Shown piece by piece: positions 49,750 to 58,700 of a DNA stretch of 64,000 nucleotides. This stretch comes from Microtetraspora niveoalba. Its GTDB lineage: Bacteria > Actinomycetota > Actinomycetes > Streptosporangiales > Streptosporangiaceae. The notes below the pieces were generated by a model. The model was not told the origin of the DNA. It made no database searches and saw only the letters and a list, made by a program, of their open reading frames with translations. The stretch spans positions 164,910 to 228,909 of the forward strand of contig NZ_BBYM01000011.1 in the NCBI RefSeq assembly GCF_001570405.1, given 5' to 3'. Each line of letters begins with the position of its first letter. Positions within the stretch are counted from its first letter, which is position 1. A program made the translations under genes and the position numbers.

Positions 49750-49818
49750 CATTTGTCCTGAAGAAGCGAGGATCGGGGGCGGGCGTGCGCCGTTGGGTGG
49801 TCTGGCAGAGTAATTGAT

Positions 49819-50316
49819 GTGCAAACCACCCCCACCCTCCGCCCGCCGCTGCACCGCGTGAGCCGTACCGCGATCTGGTACTGGACCGTGCGGGCGGCCC
49901 TCGGCTGGCTGGTCGTCGCCGCGGCGCAGGTCGTCTGGATGGTGGCGGCCGGAGGCGACCATGCCGTCCTCCGCGTCACGGCGCTCGCCGGCACCGCCGT
50001 ACTGGCCGCGGCGCATCTGATCGTCATGCCGCGGTGGCGATACCGCGTGCACCGGTGGGAGACCACGCCGGAGGCCGTGTACACGTTGTCGGGGTGGTTC
50101 AAGCAGGAGTGGCGCATCGCGCCGGTCTCGCGCATCCAGACCGTGGACAGCGAGCGCGGCCCGCTGGAGCAGCTCTTCAAGCTGGCCAACGTCACCGTGA
50201 CCACCGCCTCGGCGGCCGGGCCCATCAAGATCGGCGGCCTGGACCGCGAGACAGCGGACCGGATCGTGCACGAGCTGACCGCGAGCGCGCAGGCGACAGC
50301 CGGTGACGCCACATGA
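49819..50316 (+). CDS. PH-domain (bPH_2) membrane protein, YdbS-like
   Basis: Two TM helices followed by a bPH_2 domain. GTG start. Confidence 0.7.
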   Translation: MQTTPTLRPPLHRVSRTAIWYWTVRAALGWLVVAAAQVVWMVAAGGDHAVLRVTALAGTAVLAAAHLIVMPRWRYRVHRWETTPEAVYTLSGWFKQEWRIAPVSRIQTVDSERGPLEQLFKLANVTVTTASAAGPIKIGGLDRETADRIVHELTASAQATAGDAT

Positions 50317-52298
50317 GCGACGCCTCCATGCCCGGCGGCGTCCCTTCGGGCTCCACGCCCGCCGAACGCACGGGCGGCGCCGCCCCCGGCGCCGCTGCCG
50401 AGGGCGCCACTGGCGAGGGCGTCATCGAGAGCGGCCTCACGCCGGACGGCGGCATTCCCGGCGCCGGCGCTTCGGGAGGCGTCGCCCCCGGTGAGGTGTG
50501 GCGGCGGCTCAGCCCGCGGATGTTGATCGTTCACCCGTTCCAGGTGGCGGTGCGCGCGGTGCCCGCGCTGCTCGGACTGTTCGTGGCCGGGTCGAGCAAG
50601 GGCGTCCCCGGCCACCTGTGGAGCCTCGGCGGCCTGGTACTGATGGTCGTGATCGGCGTGCTCCATTGGTTCACCACCACGTTCCGGATCACCGACGAGC
50701 ACGTCCAGGTGCGCAAGGGCCTGTTCCGCAGGCAGGTGGTCACGGTCCCCCGTGACCGGGTGCGCACCGTCGACGTCACCTCGCACATCCTCCACCGCGT
50801 TCTCGGACTCGCCCGGGTCGAGATCGGCACCGGCCGCTCCGACCAGAAGGGCGGCGGAGCGGTGAAGCTCGACGCGCTCGGCAGCGCGGAGGCCGCCCAC
50901 CTGCGCGAGGAGTTGCTGCACCGCCAGCTCGCCCCCACGGCGGCGGGCGGCCCGCTCACCGCCGCACCGGGCCCGGCGGCCCCGGCGGTCGCCGCGGGAG
51001 TCGGCCCGGGACCCGCCCCCGAGGCCGTCGCCGACCCCGTTGTGAGCCCTGCGCGGGACACCGCCCTCGGAACCGCCGCCGGAACCGCCGCAGGCCCCGC
51101 CCTCGGAACCGCCGCGGGCCCCGCCGTCGGAACCGTCCCGCCGGCCGGGGCCGCCTTCCCGAAGGAGGAGGAGACCGAGCTGGCCCGGCTCCGGCCGCGG
51201 TGGATCGGGTACGCCCCGTTCACGCTGTCGGGCATCGTCGCGGTCGGCGTCGTCGCCGGATTCCTGTCGCGGCTCGCCAACGAGGGCGGCGTGGACCTCA
51301 TGCGGCTCGGCGCGCTCCGCGACGGCTGGGAGTGGTTCACCGGCATCCCCGTATGGACGGCCGCCGCCGGGGCCGTCATCGCCTTCGTCGTCTTCGTGGC
51401 CGTCGCGTCCACGTTGGGGTACGTGTTGTCGTTCTGGGGCTTCCGGCTGACCCGCCACTCCGGGGGCACCCTGCACGTCACCCGGGGTCTCGTCACCACC
51501 CGGGCGACCACCATCGAGGAGCGGCGGCTGCGCGGCGTCGAGGTCAGCGAGCCGCTGCTGCTGCGTGCCGTACGCGGGGCCCGGCTGATCGCGGTGACCA
51601 CCGGCCTGCGGGTCGGGCGCGGCGCGCAACGGGGAGGTTCTCTGCTCCTGCCGCCCGCGCCCGTCGCCGAGGTCGAGCGGCTCGCCGAGCGGATCCTCAC
51701 CCCCGATGCCGCCGGGCGGGTCCCCGTCCCGGGACCCGCCGGGCAGGCCGCCGCGCCGGACGAGGCGTCGCCCGTCACCGGTCCGCTCGTCCCGCACGGG
51801 CCCGCCGCGCTGCGCCGGCGCTTCACCCGCGCCCTCGGCGCGAACGCCCTGGTCGTGGCGGCACTCCTGGCGTTGTCGGAATGGGCCGGCACGCCCGCCT
51901 GGACGTGGATCGCGGCCCTGGCGTTCCTCCCGTTCGCGGCGCTGCTCGCCGCCGACCGCTACCGGAGCCTGGGGCACACGATGACCCGGGAGTACCTGGT
52001 CACCCGCTGGGGGTCGCTCGCACGCAGGCGGGTCGCCCTGGAACGGGACGGGATCATCGGCTGGAACGTCACCCGGTCGTTCTTCCAGCGCCGGGCGGGA
52101 CTCGCCACGCTCACGGCGACCACGGCGGCCGGCAGACAGGGCTACCGTGTGTCGGACGTGGCGATGAGCGAGGCGGTCGGCATCGCGGCGGCCGGCATCC
52201 CCGGCCTGCTCGACCCGTTCCTCGTCGCCCACGAGACCGCCCCCCAGACCGCCCACGAGCCGACACCCGTGTCACCCCCCGAACGGCCCGCCCCCTGA
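50313..52298 (+). CDS. PH-domain (bPH_2 x3) membrane protein, YdbT-like
   Basis: Repeated pairs of TM helices each followed by a PH-like module. ATGA overlap with the upstream gene. Confidence 0.75.
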   Translation: MSDASMPGGVPSGSTPAERTGGAAPGAAAEGATGEGVIESGLTPDGGIPGAGASGGVAPGEVWRRLSPRMLIVHPFQVAVRAVPALLGLFVAGSSKGVPGHLWSLGGLVLMVVIGVLHWFTTTFRITDEHVQVRKGLFRRQVVTVPRDRVRTVDVTSHILHRVLGLARVEIGTGRSDQKGGGAVKLDALGSAEAAHLREELLHRQLAPTAAGGPLTAAPGPAAPAVAAGVGPGPAPEAVADPVVSPARDTALGTAAGTAAGPALGTAAGPAVGTVPPAGAAFPKEEETELARLRPRWIGYAPFTLSGIVAVGVVAGFLSRLANEGGVDLMRLGALRDGWEWFTGIPVWTAAAGAVIAFVVFVAVASTLGYVLSFWGFRLTRHSGGTLHVTRGLVTTRATTIEERRLRGVEVSEPLLLRAVRGARLIAVTTGLRVGRGAQRGGSLLLPPAPVAEVERLAERILTPDAAGRVPVPGPAGQAAAPDEASPVTGPLVPHGPAALRRRFTRALGANALVVAALLALSEWAGTPAWTWIAALAFLPFAALLAADRYRSLGHTMTREYLVTRWGSLARRRVALERDGIIGWNVTRSFFQRRAGLATLTATTAAGRQGYRVSDVAMSEAVGIAAAGIPGLLDPFLVAHETAPQTAHEPTPVSPPERPAP

Positions 52299-52314
52299 CC
52301 TGGAGTGATCCCCC

Positions 52315-53340
52315 GTGACCCGTTACGGCCAGATGTTCGGCCCCGACATCACCTTCCTCGGAGTCGACCGCTGCGACCTGGACGACCCCGGAACGTACGC
52401 CGACGCCGACGTGGTCATCCTGGGCGCCCCCTTCGACGGCGGCACCTCCCACCGCCCCGGAGCCCGCTTCGGCCCCAACGCCATCCGGCAGACCTGCTAC
52501 CTCGCCCACGACGGCACCCGGCCCAGCCTCGCCATGCGCGTCGACGCCCTGCGCGACATCCGCGTCCTGGACGCGGGCGACGTCGAGACGTACTCCGGCG
52601 ACGTCGAGGGCAGCCTGCGCGCCATCGAGGACGCGGTGGCCCGCATCTCGGCGTCCGGCGCGATCCCGATCGTCCTCGGCGGCGACCACACCATCGCCCT
52701 CCCGGACGCCACCGGCGTGGCGCGCCACCACGGCTTCGGCCGGGTCTCCATGATCCACTTCGACGCGCACGCCGACACCGGCCACATCGAGTTCGGCCAC
52801 CTGCACGGCCACGGCCAGCCCATGCGGCGGCTGATCGAGTCCGGCGCGATCCGCGGCGACCGGTTCCTGCAGATCGGCCTGCGCGGCTACTGGCCCGGCC
52901 CCGACATCCTGGACTGGATGGCCGACCAGCGGATGCGCTCGTACGAGATGACCGAGATCGTCCACCGCGGTCTCGACACCTGCCTCACCGAGGCGTACGG
53001 GATCGCGCTCGACGACTGCGACGGCGTCTACCTGTCGGTGGACGTGGACGTGTGCGACCCCGGCCACGCCCCCGGCACCGGCACCCCGGAGCCCGGCGGC
53101 CTGACCGCCCGGCAACTCCTCGACGCGGTGCGTCGCACCTGCTACGAGCTGCCCGTCGTCGGCGTGGAGATCGTCGAGGTGGCCCCGCCGTACGACCACG
53201 CGGACATCACGGCCTACCTCGGCAACCGGGTGGTCCTCGAAGCGTTGTCCGCGATCGCCCGCCGGCGCAAGGACGCCGCCGACGGCACCCGATGGGACCC
53301 GTCCCGGCCCCTGCTCGACGGCCGCCGCCCGCGGCGATGA
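52315..53340 (+). CDS. Agmatinase / arginase-family ureohydrolase
   Basis: Mn-binding motifs GGDHTIA, DAHADT, SVDVDVCDP. Confidence 0.85.
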   Translation: MTRYGQMFGPDITFLGVDRCDLDDPGTYADADVVILGAPFDGGTSHRPGARFGPNAIRQTCYLAHDGTRPSLAMRVDALRDIRVLDAGDVETYSGDVEGSLRAIEDAVARISASGAIPIVLGGDHTIALPDATGVARHHGFGRVSMIHFDAHADTGHIEFGHLHGHGQPMRRLIESGAIRGDRFLQIGLRGYWPGPDILDWMADQRMRSYEMTEIVHRGLDTCLTEAYGIALDDCDGVYLSVDVDVCDPGHAPGTGTPEPGGLTARQLLDAVRRTCYELPVVGVEIVEVAPPYDHADITAYLGNRVVLEALSAIARRRKDAADGTRWDPSRPLLDGRRPRR

Positions 53341-54500
53341 CGCGGCCGGCCTCCCGCCGCGCCCCGGCGAGCCTTCCCGGCCCCGGGGGCGGCCCCTTCA
53401 CGCGCTTCGCACGGGTCGCGGTCTCCCTGGCCGTCCCGCTGGCCGCCGTGCAGTTCGGCGCGGGCTGCGCCGCGGCCGAGCCCCCGTCGTCACCCCGTAC
53501 GGCGTCATCCCGCTCAACGTCATCCCCTGGAGAGGCCACGGACGCCGGGAAGGCGGCGAGCTCCGCCGGCCGGTCCGCCCCGGCTCCCTCCCCGACCCGC
53601 TCCGCGGCCCCGCCCCCGGTGCGGGTGCCGTCCGGCGTGACGGCGGGCTACGTGGTCTTCGACCGGCAGGCGGGCAAGGTGATCGCGAATCGCCGCGTCC
53701 ACCACCGGTTCAGGTCCGCGTCGGTCGTGAAGATCCTCATCGCGATCGACTACCTGGAACGGCGGAAGGGCGCGGTCCCGGCCCGCGACGCCTCGCTGCT
53801 CGCGTCCATGCTGCGCGGCAGCGACGACGACGCGGCGACCGCGCTGTGGCGGCTCGGCGGGCAGGGCGACATCGTCCGGCGCATGGCCGGGAAGATCGGC
53901 CTGACCGACACCGCCCCGCCACCCGCCGCCAAACCGGGCTTCTGGGGATACACGGCGATCAGCGCGATCGACATCGCGCGTGTCTACCGCTATCTGCTCG
54001 ACAAGGCCGCGCCCCGCGTACGCGACGGCGTGATGGGTCACCTGCGCCAGGCGCGGCAGTGCGCGACGGACGGTTTCGACCAGTATTTCGGCATCCCACG
54101 CGGCGTTCCCCGTCCGTGGGCGGTCAAGCAGGGCTGGTCCGGGTACGGCTCCGTGCCGCCGGTCAAGTGTGTACCCGCCGCGGGCGCCTCGACCGGCCGC
54201 GCCGCCGCCCCCTCGGCGGCCACGGCCCCGGTGAGGTGGACCTCGATGGGCGCGACCTCGGCGGCCGCCGCCTTCACGGCCACCACGACCGGCACGGCGA
54301 CCGCCCGGCGCGGCAACCCGGTGGACTTCGGCCGTCCGGTGCTGCACACCACCGGCGTGATCGGCGACCGGTTCATCATGGTGGTGCTGACGACCCAGCC
54401 GGCCGGCGCGTCCTACGGCTCGTCGTCCACCCGGCTGACCGCCCTCGCCCGGGACCTCTACCGCTCCGCGATCAGGCCGCTGTCGAAGCAGCCGTCATGA
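53337..54500 (+). CDS. Class A beta-lactamase-like serine hydrolase lipoprotein with long Ala/Pro/Ser-rich linker
   Basis: S-x-x-K motif (RSASVVKILIAI). ATGA overlap with the agmatinase stop. Confidence 0.65.
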   Translation: MTRPASRRAPASLPGPGGGPFTRFARVAVSLAVPLAAVQFGAGCAAAEPPSSPRTASSRSTSSPGEATDAGKAASSAGRSAPAPSPTRSAAPPPVRVPSGVTAGYVVFDRQAGKVIANRRVHHRFRSASVVKILIAIDYLERRKGAVPARDASLLASMLRGSDDDAATALWRLGGQGDIVRRMAGKIGLTDTAPPPAAKPGFWGYTAISAIDIARVYRYLLDKAAPRVRDGVMGHLRQARQCATDGFDQYFGIPRGVPRPWAVKQGWSGYGSVPPVKCVPAAGASTGRAAAPSAATAPVRWTSMGATSAAAAFTATTTGTATARRGNPVDFGRPVLHTTGVIGDRFIMVVLTTQPAGASYGSSSTRLTALARDLYRSAIRPLSKQPS

Positions 54501-54570
54501 CCCAGGCCCATGCCGTGCGTCATGGCCGCGGAGGGCGCAGGCGCGGCCCCATCCCGCCGAGCCGGAGGCC

Positions 54571-55686
54571 GTGCCGTACGGCCCGGGGATGGGGCACCCT
54601 TGTGCGGTGGGAAACGACGGGACGGCGGGGAACGACGGCGTGACGGGGAGCAGGCTGGCCGGGCGGGTGGCCCGCGCCGCGCACGAGGCGCTGACCCTGC
54701 GGGGGCATGTGACGGCGATCGACGTGATCACGGGGCTGCGCTGGTCGTACGTGAGGAACGTCGACACCTGGCGGCAGGGACGCGCCGACAGCCTCGAACG
54801 GGTGACGGCGGTGGACGCGGCCAAGATGGCCGACGCCGTGGCGATCCTCCGGGAGTGGGCGCTGGCGCGCGGGCTGGTCCCCGGCGAGTCCGCGTACGTG
54901 TCGGGTGGCCGGGACCGGCGCCCGCTTCGCTTCACCGTCGACGGCGACGAGGAGCTGGAGCGGGCGTTCCGGGTCCACTGGTTCTCGCCCGAGCTGAGCC
55001 AGGCCAGGCGCGAACGGCTCGCCGAGCGCGAGACCCGGCCGCCGGACCTGACGGTCGTCGTGCCCCTCGAACCGTGGACCTGCGCCGGCTGCGGCGACAC
55101 CGGACCGCACCACATCATGGAGGACGACCGGCCACACTGCCTGACCTGCGCGGACATGGACCATCTCGTCTTCCTGCCGGCCGGGAACGCGGCGCTGAGC
55201 CGCCGGGCCAAGAAGGAGAGCGTGCTCTCGGCGGTGGTCGTCCGGTACAACCGCCGCAGGAAGCGGTTCGAGCGGCAGGGCATCCTCGTGGAGGACGAGG
55301 CGCTGGCCCGCGCCGAGGAGCAGTGCCTGGCCGACGAGGAGGTACGGCTCCGCCGCCGCGAGCGGGACCGGGTGCGGCGCGAGGCGGGAGACGTGGAGTT
55401 CCAGGCCGAGCTGGCCGGTGAGATCCGGCGGTTGTTCCCCGGCTGCCCGCCCGAGCGGGCGGAGGCGATCGCCCTGCACGCGGGGCTGCGCGGCAGCGGG
55501 CGGGTGGGCCGGACCGCCGCCGCGCGGGTGCTCGACGAGCGGGCCGTCACCCTGGCCGTCGTCGCCTCCGTACGTCACCTGGACACCGACTACGACCGGC
55601 TGCTGATGGCCGGCGTGCCCCGGCAGGATGCGCGGGACCGGATCCGCGACCGCATCGACCAGGTGCTCACCGCCTGGCGCGCCTGA
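54571..55686 (+). CDS. DUF2293 domain protein
   Basis: Conserved C-terminal region with paired Cys (CAGCGDTGPHHIMEDDRPHCLTCADMDH). The N-terminal start is uncertain. Confidence 0.55.
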   Translation: MPYGPGMGHPCAVGNDGTAGNDGVTGSRLAGRVARAAHEALTLRGHVTAIDVITGLRWSYVRNVDTWRQGRADSLERVTAVDAAKMADAVAILREWALARGLVPGESAYVSGGRDRRPLRFTVDGDEELERAFRVHWFSPELSQARRERLAERETRPPDLTVVVPLEPWTCAGCGDTGPHHIMEDDRPHCLTCADMDHLVFLPAGNAALSRRAKKESVLSAVVVRYNRRRKRFERQGILVEDEALARAEEQCLADEEVRLRRRERDRVRREAGDVEFQAELAGEIRRLFPGCPPERAEAIALHAGLRGSGRVGRTAAARVLDERAVTLAVVASVRHLDTDYDRLLMAGVPRQDARDRIRDRIDQVLTAWRA

Positions 55687-55707
55687 GACCCCGTACGCGC
55701 GGCGGCC

Positions 55708-58700
55708 TCACGGGCGGGTCGTCGTGCGTTCGATGGCCCGCTCGACGCCCCCCACGCGGTCGGCGAGGAGCCCGATGGCCCCCACGGCGCGGACCATCGG
55801 ATCGTCCTCCGCGCCGCCGAGGGCCCGGGCGCGGAGATATCCGGCCTTGACCTCGGCCCAGCGCCGTCGCTGCTCGTCGGTCATCCGGCCGCGCAGCTCC
55901 GCCAGCTTGAGGAGGTTCGCCTCGGCCTCGGACGTCAACGTCTGCGCCTCGCCCGCGTAGTGGTCGTCGATCAACGCCTCGACCTCGGCGTCGTTCATGA
56001 CGGGGACGATCCGTTCCGCGAGCTTGTTCATGTTCCGGTACGACCCCTGCAGCCGGAAGGGCGGTTCGGTGCGTGAGGCGTCCGCCTGGGCCGCCGACGC
56101 GATGTACGCCTGGTTGGCGGCGAGCACCACCCGCTGGATCCGCGTCAGCTTCCGCAGGACCGCGGTGATCTGGTCCAGCTCGACCTTCTGGTACGGGTGG
56201 GCGAGCCGGTCGGCGCGCACGTCCGCGTCGCCGCGCGCCAGCCGTACGAGAAGCTCGACGTCCGCCGGGTCGCGCGTGGACAGCGGCGCGAGGACGGGGT
56301 TGGAGGTGAGCGCGTTCTCGATGTAGCTCAGCGCGAACAGGTCCTCCCGGCCGGAGAGCACGTCGCCCAGGTTCCAGACGTCGGCCCGGTTCGCCAGCAT
56401 GTCGGGGACGCGGAACCGCTGCCCCGACTCCGTGTACGGGTTGCCGGCCATGCAGACCGCGAAGCGCTTGCCGCGCAGGTCGTAGGTCCGGGTGCCGCCG
56501 TTCCACACGCCCTCCATGCGGCGCTGCGCGTCGCAGAGCGAGATGAACTTCTGCAGCAGCTCCGGTGAGGTGTGCTGGATGTCGTCGAGATAGAGCAGCA
56601 CGTTGTTCCCGCATTCCAGCGCGAACGACACCTTCTCGACCTCCTGCCGCGCGGTGGCGTTCGGCGCGTCGGCCGGGTCGAGCGAGGTGACGGCGTGCCC
56701 CAGCGCCGGTCCGTTGATCTTGACGAACATCAGGCCGAGCCTGCTCGCGACGTACTCCATCAGCGTGGTCTTGCCGTACCCGGGCGGCGAGATGAGCAGC
56801 AGCAGGCCCATCTGGTCGGTGCGCCTCCCCTCCCCCGCCGCGCCGAGCTGCTTGGCGAGGTTGTCGCCGACCAGCGGCAGGTAGACCTGGTCGAGGAGCC
56901 GGTTGCGCACGAACGCGCTCATCACCTTGGGCCGGTACTCGTCCAGCCGCAGCCGGGCCCGCTCCCGGTCGAGCAGCTCGCCGCGCTGCTTCTGGTACGC
57001 CCGGTAGGCGGGCACCCGCTCGGTCCGGAACCGCCGGGTCCGCGCCAGGACCTCGTCCAGGCGCAGCGTGAGGGTCCGTCCGTTCAGGCGGGGATGCGCC
57101 CCGAGGAGCCCCTCCACGGTGACCGTGAGCGACACCGACGACTCACGTCGCGGCAGGTCGCAGAGCAGGACGGCGACGGCCTCGGCCAGATCTCCGGCCC
57201 CCGCGTCCTCCGGCGTTCCGGCCCGCGCCCCTTCATCGCGTACGACGCCCGACCCGGCGCCGGGAGGGCACGAGAGGTCGGGAGAGGTGCGCAGGAACGC
57301 CGTCAACCACGCCGTGGCGAGCTGGTGCGCGGCGGCCAGATCGTCGCCGAGGGCACGGATCTCGTCGTCGAACTCCCCGGCCGACGTGCCGAGCGCCGCG
57401 CGGAACCGCTCGACGAGACGCCGGGCGAGCGGACCCGTCGTGAAACGCACCGCGCCGCTCCCGTCGTCGGTCCCGGCGGCGGCGAGCTCGTCGAACAGGT
57501 AGTCCCCCGCCGGATCGGCGTCCTCCGGCCGCAGGCCCCGGTCGCGCAGGAACCCGGCCGCCGCCGACGCCAGTTCCGCCCGCAGCTCCTCTATCGCCCC
57601 GCCGACCCCGTCGTCGCGCCCGGCCGCCCCCTCGCCGCCGGTCTCGCCTCCCTCGGTCACCCCGGCGGCGTCCCCGCCGGCTCCGTGCCCGAACAGGGAA
57701 CGCGCCCTGGCCAGGGACCTGGCCCTGGTGGTCCACGCCTCGCGCCGGGCCTCGTCCGTGCCGAAGCTCCAGAAGAGCTGGGCGACGGCCCGCGCGGACG
57801 GCGGGAAGCGCAGCAACCCCGCGGACGCGTGCACCGGGAGCAGCGCGCCGAGGATCGCGGCCGCGTCGTGGTCGTGGACGCCGCGCTCGTACCCCTCGTC
57901 GTACCGTGTCTCGGCCACGCGGCGTACGACCTCCGGCAGCCGGCCCTCGGCGAGGGCGGCACGCAGCGCGTCGAGCGTCATCGCGCCGCCGGGGGCCGAC
58001 TCCGCGAGGTCGAGGATCGACGCGGCCAGATGCTCGGCGCGGTACACCTCGGGAGACTCGGAGACGAGCACCTGATCCCAGAACGCCCTGGTGCGATGGA
58101 ACACCTCGTCGTCCACCGGCGACCGGTAGTCGGTCCCCGTGATCGCGTACGCCATCCGCCCGTCCACCGGGACCAGCGTGAGATCGACCGGCTGGGTGTT
58201 GACCGAGAACCGGTGGCGGCCGAACCGGATGGTCTCGCCGCCGTCGGCGTACAGGTCGAGCCGGTCGCGCAGCGCCCGCCCCGCGTCGAGGCGGGCGGCC
58301 TTGACCCGCCCGTCGAGCTCGTCGGCGCGCACCTGGTCCCCGAGGGACCGCAGCTCGTCCGCGACCGCGCGCAGCCGGGCCACCATCGGGTCGGAGGCGA
58401 AATAGGTGTTCACCTCGTCGATCGAGCCGAGGGTGCCCGCCCGCCTGCGTACGCTCTCCAGAACGCGGCCGGCGGAGGCGACCAGCCGTTCCGCTCGGCG
58501 CGCACGGGCGTCCAGCAACGTCTGCCGCCGCGAGGAGAACGCCTCGTAGACGTCCGCGCGCCTGGCCTCCAGCCGGGCCGTGAAGTCGTCGAAGTCCCCG
58601 AACCGGGACTCCAGGTCCTCCAGCCGGAGCAGCAGCCGTCCCATCTGCTCGTCGCAGCTCTCCGGCGTGTCGGCCAGCGCGAGTGCGGCGGTGACGGCCT

